Source of the DNA: Okamejei kenojei
Taxonomy: Eukaryota
DNA: 64,000 bases
Direction: 5' to 3'
Assembly (NCBI GenBank): GCA_035221665.1
Contig: CM069133.1
Span: forward strand, 35,340,001-35,404,000
Positions 28,420-40,800 of the stretch are shown here, one piece after another. The notes beneath the pieces were generated by a model that was given only the letters and a program-made list of their open reading frames with translations, was not told the origin of the DNA and made no database searches. How positions within the stretch are numbered: the stretch's first letter is position 1; every line of letters begins with the position of its first letter. A program made the position numbers and the translations under genes.

Positions 28420-28490
28420 TGTACCAGGAAGTGAAGAAACACTGACTTAAGCATCAGTTTTGTATTGTGTAGAGGCAGAAAGTCCCAGTG
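28420..28490 (+). promoter_or_regulatory. Putative leukocyte-type promoter of the Ig receptor
   Basis: ETS/PU.1-like CAGGAAGTG (28425-28433), AP-1-like TGACTTA (28443-28449) and NF-kB-like GGGACTTTCT on the minus strand (28477-28486), all just upstream of the ATG. No TATA box. Confidence 0.45.
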
Positions 28491-28521
28491 CGGAGAGCTG
28501 GACACCAGGAGATAGCCAGCG

Positions 28522-28582
28522 ATGATGCTCCTCTCCACTTGGCTGTCTACTGTTCTGCTGTTGGTCTCAGTACATGGAAACA
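28522..28582 (+). CDS. Siglec-15-like Ig receptor exon 1 (signal peptide MMLLSTWLSTVLLLVSVHGN)
   Basis: Hydrophobic leader ending VHG. Phase-1 donor A|GTAGGT at 28583 is in frame with the exon at 34441. An ETS site lies ~90 bp upstream. Confidence 0.75.
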
Positions 28583-29799
28583 GTAGGTGTTTTTTTATTT
28601 GTTACAATCGCCTTATTGGTACAGTGCAGGTTTATTACTGTTGTCTGTACCGAGTTACAGTGAAGAACGGTGTTTGTGTGTTTTTCAGTCAAACCATGGG
28701 ATATACTAATAATGGGATAGACACAAAGTGCTGGAGTAACTCGGCGGGTTAGGCTGCATTTCTGGTGAAGACACAAAATGCTGGAGTAACAACAGGCAGC
28801 ATTTCTGGAGAAAAGGCATAGGTGACGTCTTGAGTCAAGACCCTTCTTCAGACTGAGGAGACTTAGACCCATCTTTAGACTGAAGAACATGGATAGGTGA
28901 TGTTTGGTGTCAGGCCCTTGTCTTCAGAAACATCACCCAGTTTAGATTAGTTTAGTTTATTGCCAGGTGTACCAAGGTACAGTGTAACGTTTTTTTTTGT
29001 TGTGTGCCATCCACTCAGCAGAAAGACCGTACACATGATTACAATCCAACTGTCCACAGTGTACAGATCCAGGATAAAGGGGATAACGTTTAGTGCAAGA
29101 TAAAGTCCAGTAAAGTCCCATTAAAGATATTCCAAGAGGCTCGAATGTGACTTGGATCACGTCCAGGTCACACTGGTAGCTCAGGATAGCCCTCCAGTTG
29201 TTGATGGGATGGTTCAGCTGCGTGAAAACTATAGCTGGGAAGAAACTATCCCTGTATCTGGAGGTGTGCGTTTTCACACTTCTGTATCTCTTGCCTGATG
29301 CGAGAGGGGAGAAGAGGGAGTGTTCTCCAGAGATGCTGCCTGACCCACTGCGTTACTCCAGCATTTTGAATCTATCTTCGGTATAAACCACCATCAATTG
29401 TTCCTTTTTATTACACTAATATTGTTTTTGTGTAACTTTATTGATCTTTCGATTATTACGCTATCTAATGTGCCTACAGACTTGTTATGCTGTTGTAAAT
29501 AAGAATTTCATTGTTTGTTTCAGAACATATGATAATTAAGCACTGTTGATTCTTGACTTGCAATCATGCCATACGCATGCACAAAAGAAAAAAAAAATCC
29601 ATATTGGCTACGGTAGAGATGCTGCCTTGCAGCGCCAGAGGCCAGGTTTGCCCTGGCTATGGGTGCCCTCTGTATGGAGTTTGGACATTCTCCCTATGTG
29701 GGTTTACACTGGGTACTCCGGTTTCCTCCCACACTCCAAGGATGTACAGGTTTGTAGGTGAATTGGCTTTGGTAAGTTTTAAAATTGGGAATTGGAGGA

Positions 29800-30106
29800 G
29801 AGGATGAGGTCACGATCTCTACCAGACACAGATAGCCGTGACTGTCCTCCACCCTCAGCTGCTTTATCCTGGTTGAGGCGTTTCCCCGCTCTGGTTCCCC
29901 GACCAGCTCGAACCGAGTTGCTCCGTTCTCCGCCGCCCAGGATCCTTCAGCTTGGAGTCTGAATGTGACGATGTGTCGGTAGGGATCTTTCCTCATCCAC
30001 GTGACCGAGAGTGAGACATTGTTGAGTGGAGGCGGTGGGAACACACAGGGTAACGTGTCCGAATCCCCCTCAGTCCCAGTCACCACTGAGACATTCCCGC
30101 TGGGAG
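29800..30106 (-). pseudogene. Inverted, 3'-truncated paralogue of V-domain exon 3, lying in intron 1
   Basis: Acceptor ttcttccttcag|. 83/98 aa identical to exon 3 from GNVSV to EIVTS. Homology stops before the G strand and donor, at a SINE (~29600-29790). Confidence 0.85.
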
Positions 30107-30199
30107 CTGAAGGAAGAACTGACACCGGTCAAGAGAAGCAGGAGGAGAGAGCTGGAGATAATGTATGCTGGAAATAAGAACTGGATGCTGGACATGCTG

Positions 30200-31882
30200 A
30201 ATGAGCTTTAGATGTGTCATAAGTTCATAAATGATATGTTGAATTAGGCAGTTCGGCCCACCAAGCCTACCATTCAAACATGGCTGTTCTATCTTATCCT
30301 CTCAACCCCATATTCCCCTGCCTTTTTCCCCCCATCCCCCGACACCCGTCCTAATCAAGAATCTGGTAAATCTCTGCCTCAAAAATATCCATTGACTTGG
30401 CCTCCACACCCTTCGACGGATATGAATTCCACAGATTTACCACCCTCTGACTAAAGAAATTCCTCCTTATTTCCATTCTAAAGGTACATCCTTTTATGCT
30501 GATGCTGTGGCCTCTTATCCTTGACTATCCCACGAGAGGAAACATCCTCTCCACATGCACTCTATCCAGGCCTTTCACTATTCAGTAACTTTCTATTAAG
30601 TCCCCCGTCATCCTTCTATACTCCAGCCAGTACAGGCCCAGTGCAGTCAAACGCTCATCATATGTTAACCCACTCATTCCTGGGATAATTCTCGTAAACC
30701 TTCACTGGACACACACACGCACATACATACAACATACATACACACACGCATATACACACAACATTCACACAAACACACACGTGCTAACACATGTTAGAAC
30801 ACGTGCACACACACACACACACCTACACACACACCCATGCCTGCACAATAAAGGGATGCAGATGAACACGTACGGTCACAGATATATGCACACAGAAATG
30901 AGACGCACACACACAGTCACTGACATACACACAAAGTAGACACATAGACAGTACCACGTACACACTGCCGCATGTACACATGCACACAAATGAGATGTGC
31001 ACACATACAGGAATATAGACAGACACACAAATATACACCAGCAAGTGACACACGCACACACATACATATAGACACTCGCACGCACGAGACATACAAATGG
31101 ACACACATACACGCACTCACACATTCATACAAAAACATACACAATGACCCAATGACACACACAAACCAAGAGACATCGACGCATACGTGTATGCACGCAC
31201 CCGACAGAATCACACACACATAGATATACAACCCACATGCACACCCATACACAAACAGATACACACGCATAGCGATAGGCACACATTTACTCACACACAT
31301 GCACTCGCACAGACACACATGCAGCCACAAATGCAGCACCAGGCACACACAAATACACATTTTCTTACCTGCACTTTCTCTGTAGGTTTTCCTTGTGTGG
31401 TCTGGTTTCCTCCCACATTCCAAAGGCGTGCAAGTTTGTATGTTAATTGGCTTCTGTAAACTGCCCCTAATGCGTAGGATGCAGAACTGGGATCGCATTG
31501 AACTGGTGATCGCTGGTTGGCGGGGACTCAGTGGGCTAAAGGGTCTGTTTCCATGCTGCATCTCTAAACTAAACTGAATCTAGAACAGATTTGAACAGGT
31601 ACACGGATACGAAAGGTTTAGAGGAATATGGGCCAATGACGGGCAGGTAGCACTAGTGTAGAGCAGGCATCTTGCCATCTTGGGAAAGTTGGGCTGAAGT
31701 GCCTGTTTCCACACTGTATGACTATGATATGATTCCAACATAACGGGTGTCAGAGGTTATGGGGAGAAGGCAGGAGAATGGGGTTAGAAGGGAGAGATAG
31801 ATCAGCCATGATTGAATGGCGGAGCAGACTTGATGGGCCGAATGGCCTAATTCTACTCCTATTCCTTATGATCTTATGACTT
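30200..31882 (-). repeat. Inverted duplicate of intron-2 sequence (matches 36045-37500 and ~43947-45110)
   Basis: The same CR1 tail, SINE, CA/TG-rich block and unique pre-acceptor sequence appear in reverse complement and in the same order. Confidence 0.85.
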
Positions 31883-34440
31883 TCATCCCTCTCCTCTCCT
31901 GGCCACCTTTGACCTTCGTGCCCAGTGGGCGCCTCCCACAGCCGACCTTGAAGGCGTGGAAGACAAGACCCCCCTTCCCCCAGTTCTTCTTTGCAGCCTC
32001 CTTTATTCCTGCATGTTCGAGTTATTGAACCAGGCTGTGATTCAACCAGTCTATGCTCTCCACCGTATACCTGTACAAGTTGTGTAGAGTGTTCGGCGAC
32101 ATGCCGATACTCCTCAAACTTGTGAGGAAGTAGGGGTGTTGATAAGCATGTTCTTTGTGACTTCAAAATAGAAGATCTGGTAGATTTCTTGATATTGGGG
32201 GATGAAGACATAGCGCAGGGGATGGTGTGAAGATAAAAGACCAGCCATGGCCACATTGTTAGCTGACAAGGCTCGAGCAGCCAAATGGCTTACTCCTGTT
32301 CCTCTTTCTCTTGTTCTAATGCAACAATGTGGAAATTTGCTGCAAAAATGACAAAACGTTAACTTTCAGTAGAAAAGCAGGAAGCATTACCAGTGTAGTC
32401 ATTGATGTCCTGGAAAAATAGAATCAAGAACAGTACAATGTGTGGATTTGTAGGCGGATTGGCCCTCTGTAAATTGCCCCTAGTGTATAAAGAGTGGATG
32501 AGAAAGTGGGGGTAACATTGCACTCCGGTGGCAGAGTGGCGCAGCGGTATAGCTGCGGCCTGACAACACCAGATTCCCAGCTTCAATCTCGACTACGGTT
32601 GTCTGTAGGGAGTTTGCACGTTCTCCCCGTGACCCCGTGGGTTTCCTCCAGGTGTTCCAGTTTCCTCCCACATCCCAAACATGTGCAGGTTTGTAGATTA
32701 ATTAGCTGCTGAAAATTATCCCTGATGTGTAGGATAGAGCGAGTGTATAGGGATCGCTGGTCCGCGTGGACTCGGTAGGCCGAATTACCTGTTTCCACAC
32801 TGTATCTCTAAACTAAATTAAACTAAAGTTAAATTGTTATTGGATGGTCAGCACTGACTCAGCGGGCTGAAGGGCCTGTTTTCTCGCTGTTTCTTCAAAC
32901 TAATACTACACACGTAAAAGGGAGCTGAGGGGCAAGTATTTCACACAAAGGGTGGTGTGTGTGTGTGTTGAACGAGCTATCAGAAGAAGTGGCAGAGGCA
33001 GGTACAATTATAATGTTTATAAGACATTTGTACAGGTTTGTGGATTGGAAAGGTTGAGAGGGATATGGGTCAGGCAAAGGCAAATGGGACGGGCGAGGTC
33101 AGCACGGATGACTTGGGCCGAAGGGCCTGTTTCCACGCTGTATAACTCGATGACTGTGACAATGCACACGAGCCCAGGGGAGGCAGCAACTGTACCACTT
33201 AGCCCCGCTCGAGAGTGATGGACCAGGAGTCAGGAGTCTACGCACATGGAGTAAATCAATCTCTGGGTGACGTTTCAGGTCGAGACCTTTTTACATCACC
33301 ATGAGTAAATAACAGGCTCCAGGAACGTCACACCAGAAACCTCGACCGACAATCCATTATGGTCTCCACCCTTCCCGAGATCTTCTGTTGCTGGCCCTGT
33401 TTTGTTCTGGCATCCTCTATCTTTCAGCATGAAAAAGTGTTGCGGCCCGAGAGATGCTGCCTGGCCCGCTGACAGCATGATGTGCAAAACGTTAGTTTAT
33501 GTGCTTATCAGGGGAGGCCATTTGCAACCCTCATTTCTTGTTTCATTGACAACGGCGCATGTGATGCTCATTGTCCCAAGTTCATGAGATCATATGTTCT
33601 TGGAGCAGAGTTTGACAGTTTGCCCGATCAAGTCTACTCCTCCATTCAATCATGGCTGATCTATCATTCCCTCCCAACATCATTCTCCTGCCTTCTCCCC
33701 ATAACCCCTTGACACCCTTACGAATTAAGAATCTATCAATCCCCACCTTAAAAATATCAATGGACGGCCTCCACAGCCATCTGTGGCAATGACTTGCACA
33801 GATTCACCACCCTGCGACTAAAGAAATTCCTCCTCATCTCCTTTCTGAATGAACATCCTTTTAATCTCCTCATTTCCTCCTGAAGGGTTATTTCAAACCT
33901 CAGATCAATGTCTTCCAGGCCTTTGCTTACCCCCCCCCCCCCCCACCCCCTAGCTGAAAATCCACAATTTGAAATGTTGATTCCAAAATGTATTTGGTTA
34001 ATGACCTTTGTGAACCACAGTGGCTTCACAATGATTATTGTGTGGGGAAAAATAGGACAAAGTGCCGGGCAGCATCTGAGAAGGGGACAGGACGGACAAC
34101 ATTTAGAACGGCCTGACCTGAAATGCCCTCTGTATTTTTCCCTTTGGCTGGCACAGTGGCGCAGCGATAGAGTTGCTGACATATTATGCCACAGACTCAG
34201 GCTCAAAAGGGTAAAAAGTGTGAAAACGCACACCTCCAGTTTTAGGGACAGTTTCTTCCCGACTGCTATCAGGCAACTGAACCTTCCAACTGGAATTGGA
34301 GAGCGGTCCTGAACCACTATCTACCTCTTTGGAGACTTTTGGACTGTCTATGATCAAACTTTACTGGACTTTTATCTTGCACTAAATGTTATTCGCGATA
34401 TTACCGACGCGCTATTGATTACCGACCCTTTCTATTCCAG

Positions 34441-34821
34441 CAGCCACCCATACTTGGCATTTTCTAACTGCTGACGAAGTATATGCCGTGGAAGGAGGCT
34501 CGGCTTTGTTGCCGTGTACGTTCACCCGCCCGGCCACTGATCACACCATCAAACTCGAGCTGATCTGGTTCAACGGTGACCTGCGGGGTTTCGATGCCAT
34601 TATTACGTGTCAGTTCACTTCTCCCTTCCACTCCTTGTGCACTGAAGTGGGGCATGAGGCAGGAGGAGATCGGGTTAGGTTCATCGGGAACCTAGGTCGG
34701 GGGGATGCCTCGATAATGGTGGAGCGACTGGGACAGGAGGATGATGGTCTATATCAGTGCAATGTGAACAACATCGATGGACTACCTCTATTACAAAAGG
34801 TCGTTCACCTGACTGTGGGAG
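34441..34821 (+). CDS. Siglec-15-like Ig receptor exon 2 (V-set domain 1)
   Basis: Acceptor tttctattccag|, donor G|GTGAGG, phase 1/1, 381 nt open. Encodes WHFLTADEVYAVEGGSALLPCTFTRP..LIWFNG..IITCQFTSPFHSLCTE..RVRFIGNLGRGDASIMVERLGQEDDGLYQCNV..HLTV. It has the canonical Cys/Trp/DxGxYxC and an extra Cys pair as in Siglec-15. Confidence 0.9.
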
Positions 34822-35219
34822 GTGAGGAAGGCTCTAACTGTACCAATAACGGTGGAGCAATGGTAGAGCCGCTGCCTCTCAGCGGCAGGGACACGGGTTC
34901 GATCTCCCAATCCAACTTGTTGCAGCCTTTGCAAATTGTTTTTACATGCACTTTCTCTATCGCTGCAGCACATTCTACTGCATTCTGATAATGTTCTTTT
35001 TTGCGCCAGCTCGTATACTCAACCTCTCAACATTTCAACATAATAGCGGTAGAACTGCAGCTTCACAGCGCCAGTGAGCTGGCTTGGCTACGGATGCTGT
35101 CTGTACGCAGTTTGCATGTTATCCCTGTGACCCCGTGGGTTTTCTCCGGGTGCTCCAGTTTCCTCTCACATTTGAAATACACATGTTTGTCGGTTAATTG
35201 GATTCTGTAATTTGCCTTG

Positions 35220-35740
35220 AATGCACCGAGGTACAGTGAAAAGCTTTTGTTTGTATGCTGTCCAGTCGAAGAAAATGCTATACATGAATACAATCAAGCT
35301 GTCCACAATACACATAAAGAATAAAGGATGCAAAGATGCTCTTTTAGTGCAAGCATATAATACTGAAGTCTGATAAAGTCCCATTCAAGATAGTTCACAG
35401 GGTCTCCAATAAGGTGGATGGGAGGTCAGAACCGCACTCCAGCTGGTTAGAGGACATCAGTTGCCTGATAATAGCTGGGTAGAAACTGTCCCTGAATCTG
35501 AAGGTGTGCATTTTCACACTTCTGTATTTCTTGCCTAATGGGAGAGGGGAGAGGGGAGAAGAGGGGGTGACTGGGATGAGAGTCGTCCTTGATTATGCTG
35601 CTGGCCTTGTGTAAAGTGTACATGGGATCAATGGAAGGGAGGTTGTTTTGTGCGATGGGCTGAGTTATGTCCACAACTCTCTGCTATTTCTTGCAGCCTT
35701 GGATGGAGCTTTTCCCAAATCATGCTGTGATGAATCCCAA
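35220..35740 (-). mobile_element. Rex1-like LINE 3' fragment (related pieces at 28957-29320, 34215-34400, 10860-11100)
   Basis: KASSIIKDDSHPSHPLFSPLPS..; RFRDSFFP-type tail. Confidence 0.65.
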
Positions 35741-36044
35741 TACACCTGGCATTAAACTAAACTAGTAACTGGCTCTTCTAGTAACCAATATATCCCAACT
35801 AAGACAATTGGTTGGAAACACAAAAGACTCTAGATGCAATCCCAAGCAAAACAAGGTACTGGAGGAACCTAGTAATTCAGGCAGAATCGGTGGAGGGATT
35901 AGACAGACTGTCCATTCCCTTCACAGATGCGACATGACACACTGAGTTTCTCCCTAACTTTGATTTAATTGGGTATTAATTGGTTGATTGGTGCATTATT
36001 ATTAACGTTACCGAAATGGAGTCAAAATCCTTGTTTTGCATGCT

Positions 36045-37503
36045 AAGGTCATAAGGTCGTAAGGAATAGTAGAATTAAGGCATTCTTTCCACCAAATCTG
36101 CTCCGCCAGTCAATCATGGCTGATCTATCTCTCCTAACTCCATTCTCCTGCCTTCACCCCATAACGTCTGACACCCGTTATGTTGGAATCGTATCATAGT
36201 CATACAGTGTGGAAACAGGCACTTCAGCCCAACTTTCCCATGATGAGCAAGATGCCTGCTCTACACTAGTGCTACCTGCCCGTCTTTGGCCGATATTCCT
36301 CTAAACCTTTCGTATCCGTGTACCTGTCCAAATGTCTTCTAGATTCAGTTTAGTTTAGAGATACAGCTTGAAAACCGGCCCACTGAGTCCCCGCCAACCA
36401 GCGATCACCAGTTCAATGCGATCCCAGTTTTGCACCCTACGCATTAGGGCAGTTTACAGAAGCCAATTAACCAACAAACTTGCACGTCTTTGGAATGTGG
36501 GAGGAAACCAGACCACACAAGGAAAACCGGGATGGACCCGGGTCTCTAGTAGTGTTATTGCCGCCACTGTGCTGGCCTTATGTTGAAATGTTGGGAAGTT
36601 GAGTATACCAGGAAGTGCAGAAGAGAAAATTATCACAGTGCAGAATGTAGCACTACACCTACAGAGAAAGTGCAGGTAAGAAAATGTGTATTTGTGTGCG
36701 CCTGGTGCTGCATTTGTGGCTGCGTGTGTGTCTGTGTGAGTGCATGTGTGTGTGTGAGTAAATGTGTGCTTATCGCTATGCGTGTGTGTCTGTTTGTGTA
36801 TGAGTGTGTGCATGTGGGTTGTATATCTGTGTGTGTGTGATTCTGTCGGGTGCGTGCATGCACGTATGCGTCAATGTCTCTTGGTTTGTGTGTGTCATTG
36901 GGTCATTGTGTATGTTTTTGCATGAATGTGTGAGTGCGTGTATGTGTGTCCATTTGTATGTCTTGTGCGTGCGAGTGTCTTTATGTATGAGTGTGTGTGT
37001 GTCACTTGATGGTGTATATTTGTGTGTCTGTCTATATGCTTGTATGCGTGCACATCTCATTTGCGTGCGTGTGTATATGCGGCAGTGTATACGTGTCACT
37101 GTGATAGTGTCTCGTTTGTGTGTATATCAGTGACTGTGTGTGTGCGTCTCATTTCTGCGTGCATATATCTGTGAATGTATGTGTGCATCTGCAACCCTAT
37201 ATTGTGTAGGCATGGGTGTGTGTGTGGTGTGTAAGTGTGGGGGTGTGTGTATGGCTGTGTGTGTGTGTGTGTGCGTGTGTGGGTCTGTGTGTATGTAAGC
37301 GTGTGTATGTGTGTGTATGTGGGCATGTGTGTGTCTGTGCGTGCATGTGTTCGTACATGTGTGATAGCACGTGTTTGTGTGTGAGAGTGTACATGTGTAT
37401 GTGTGCATGTTTTGTGTATATGGGTGTGTGTGTGCGCAAGTGTATATGTGTGCATTCATGCATATGTGCTTGTGTTCGTGCCCATGTGCATATGTGTGTG
37501 TGT
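36045..37503 (+). repeat. Plus-strand arm of the inverted duplication (SINE plus degenerate TG-rich satellite)
   Basis: Reverse complement of ~30710-31882, e.g. AGAAAGTGCAGGTAAGAAAATGTGTATTTGTG; it carries ~130 bp absent from the minus arm. Confidence 0.85.
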
Positions 37504-37856
37504 AAGTGATGCATCGTAACGCTGGACACAAACTGTGATGGGGATTTGCTGGGAGGAGAATGAATGGAGGTGAGGAGGGTGGGGAGGGTGGGGAGGGGTG
37601 GGGAGGGGAGGGGAGGGGAGGGGACTGTGATGCCAACGATTGAAAGGTGGGATTCAATCAGACTTTCTCTGACTTTCACCACCTGTGTGAGACCTTCAAA
37701 GCTCATCATGACCGTGTCCATGAGCCCTGCATTGATCTGCGGGGAGACCTCTTCCCAGCACTACACTTGGAGTTCTCTCAGTCCCTGTACGTCAGGGCTG
37801 CCTCCTCTAATCCTTGCCCATTAAGAAGTCCACTGACATGTCCAGTGGAGGTTTCC

Positions 37857-40800
37857 TGGGAGTATAAAGATGGAATTAAAGGGGAAGTGAGTACAGGAAA
37901 AGTTACAGAATACTCCCGAATTATTGGGAAGGAAAGTTTGAGAAAGGATAAGAGAGTAAGGTCAGGGCCAATTGTGAGCGGTGTGCGAGGGGGTGAATAC
38001 AGAGGTCAAAGTGTTGTATATGAATGTGCCAAGTACAAGAAATAAAGTGGACGAGCTTGAGACTCAGTTAGAAATTGACAAGTATGATGTTGTGGGAATT
38101 ACAGAGACATGGCTGCAAGAGGGCCAGGGCTGGGAATTGAATATTCTTGTGTATACCTCCTATCGAAAATCCAGACAGGTGGGCAGAGGGGGTGGGGTAG
38201 CTCTGTTGGTGAGGAATGAAATTCAGTCCCTTGCATGGGGTATCATTGAAACAGGAGATGTGGAGTCAGTATGGATATAACTAAGGAATTGTAATGGTAA
38301 AAATACCCCAATGGGACTCATCTGCAGGCCCCAAAACAGTAGCCTGGATATTGGGTGCAAGTTGAATCAAGATTTAAAATTGGCATGTCGTAAAGGTAAT
38401 GCTACAGTTGTTATGGGAGATTTCAACATGCAAGTAGACTGGGAAAATCCGGTTGGTACTGGACCCCAAGAAAGGGAGTTTGTGGAGTGCCTCCGTGATG
38501 GATTCTTAGAGCAGCTTGTAGAGGAGCCTACCACGGAGAAGGCAATTCTGGATTTAGTGTTGTGTAATGAACCAGATTTGATAAGGGAACTTGAGGTTAA
38601 GGAGCCATTAGGAGGTAGTGACCATAATATGGTAAGTTTTAATCTACAATATGAGAGGGAGAAGAATAAATCGGAGGTGTCCATGTTACAGTTGAACAAA
38701 TGAGACGATGGAGCCATGAGGGAGGAGCTGGCCAAAGTTGGCTGGAAATATACCCTAGCAGGGATGACAGTGGAACAACAATGGCAGGTATTTCTGGGAA
38801 TAATACAGAAGGTGCAGGATCAGTTTATTCCAAAGAGGACGAAAGATTCCAAGGGGAGTAAGGGGTGAACGTGGCTGACAAGGAAAGTCAGGGACAGATT
38901 AAAATTAAAAGAGAAGTACAACATAGCAAAGATGAGCGGGAATTAAGCGGATTGGGTAATGTTTAATGAGCAACAGAAGATAACTAAAAATGCAATACGG
39001 GGAGAAAAGATGAGGTCCAAAGGTAAGCTAGCCAAGAATATAAATGAGGATAGTAAAAGTTTCTTTCGGTATGTGAAGAGGAAAAAAATAATTAAGATCA
39101 AAGTTGGACCCTTGAAGACCGAAAAAGGTGAATTTATTATGGGGAACAAGGAAGTGGCAGATGAGTTGAACAGGCACTTTGGATGCGTCTTCACTAAGGA
39201 GGACACAAACAATCTTCCTGATGTACGAGTGGCCAGAGGATCTGGGGTGACGGAGGAACTGAAGGAAATCCACATTAGGCAGAAATGGTGTTGGGTAGAC
39301 AGATGAGACTGAAGGCTGATAAATCTCCAGGGCCTGATGGTCTGCATCCCAGGGTACTTAAGGAAGTGGCTCTCGAAATTGTGGATGCATTGGTGATAAT
39401 TTTCCAATGTTCTATAGATTCAGGATCAGTTCCTGTGGATTGGAGGGTAGCTAAAGTTATCCCACTTTTTAAGAAAAGCAGGAGAGAAAATACAGGGAAT
39501 TAAAGACCAGTTAGCCTGACATCAGTGGTGGGGAAGATGCTGGAGTCAATCAAAAAAGTTGAAATAGCGGCACATTTGGATAGCAGTAACAGGATCGGTC
39601 TTAGTCAGCATGGATTTATGAAGGGGAAATCATGCTTGACTAATCTTCTGGAATTTTTTGAGGATGTAACTAGGTAAATGGACAAGGGAGAGCAAGTGGA
39701 TGTAGTGTACCTGGACTTTCAGAAAGCATTTGATTAGGTCCCACATAGGAGACTAGTGGGAAAAATTAGGACCCATGGTATTGGAGTAGAGTGCTGATAT
39801 GGATAGAATATTGGTTGGCAGACAGGCAACAAAGAGTAGGGATTGACGGGTCCCTTTCAGAATGGCAGGCAATGACTAATGGGGTACCGGAAGGCTCGGT
39901 GCTGGGACCGCAGCTATTTACAATATACATCAATGATTTGGATGAAGGACTTCAAAGTAACATTAACAAATTTGCAGATGACACAAAGCTGGGTGGCAGT
40001 GTGAACTGTGAGGAGGATGCTATGAGAATGCAGGGTGACTTGGACTGGTTGGGTGAGTGGGCAGATGCATGGCAGATGCAGTTTAATGTGGATACATTTG
40101 AGGTTATCCACTTTGGTAGCAAAAACAGGAAGGCAGATTATTATCTAAATGTATCAAGTTGGGTAAAGGGGAAGTACAACGGGATCTGGGGTCCATGTAC
40201 ATCAGTCTATGAAAGTAAGCATGCAGGTACAGCAGGCATGAAGAAAGCTAATGGCATGTGGGCCTTCATAACAAGAGGAGTTGAGTATAGGAGCAAAGAG
40301 GTCCTTCTGCAGTTGTACATGGCCATAGTGGGACCACACCTGGAGTATTGTGTGCAGTTTTGGTCTCCTAATTTGAGGAAGAACATTCTTGCTTTTGAGG
40401 GAATGCAGCGTAGGTTCACAAGGTTAATTCCCGGGATGGCGGGACTGTCATATTCTGAGAGAATGGAACGGCTGGGCTTGTACACTCTGGAATTTAGGAT
40501 GAGAGGGGATTCTATTGAAACATATAATATTATTAAGGGTTAGAATCATAGAATTATAGAAAATAGGTGCAGGGGTAGGCCATTTGGCCCTTCGAGCCTG
40601 CACCGCCATTCAATATGATCATGGCTGATCATCCAACTCTGATTCCTTTAGCCACAAGGGCCACATCTCCTCTTAAATATAACCAATGAACTGGCCTCAA
40701 CAACCTTCTGTGGCAGAGAATTCCACAGACTCACCACTCTCTGTGTGAAAAATGTTTTCCCCATCCCGGTCCTAAAAGACTTGCCCCTCATCCTTCAACT

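Noticed and set aside
30107-30195. Signal-peptide-like ORF MSSIQFLFPAYIISSSLLLLLLTGV just upstream of the inverted V exon (and similar at 45024-45114)
   Set aside because: It is out of frame with the V domain, stops shortly after, has no usable intron and is frameshifted in the plus copy. It is best explained as the translated polypyrimidine tract.
30823-37721. Cys/Val- and His/Thr-rich ORFs
   Set aside because: Translations of the TG/CA microsatellite-like blocks.
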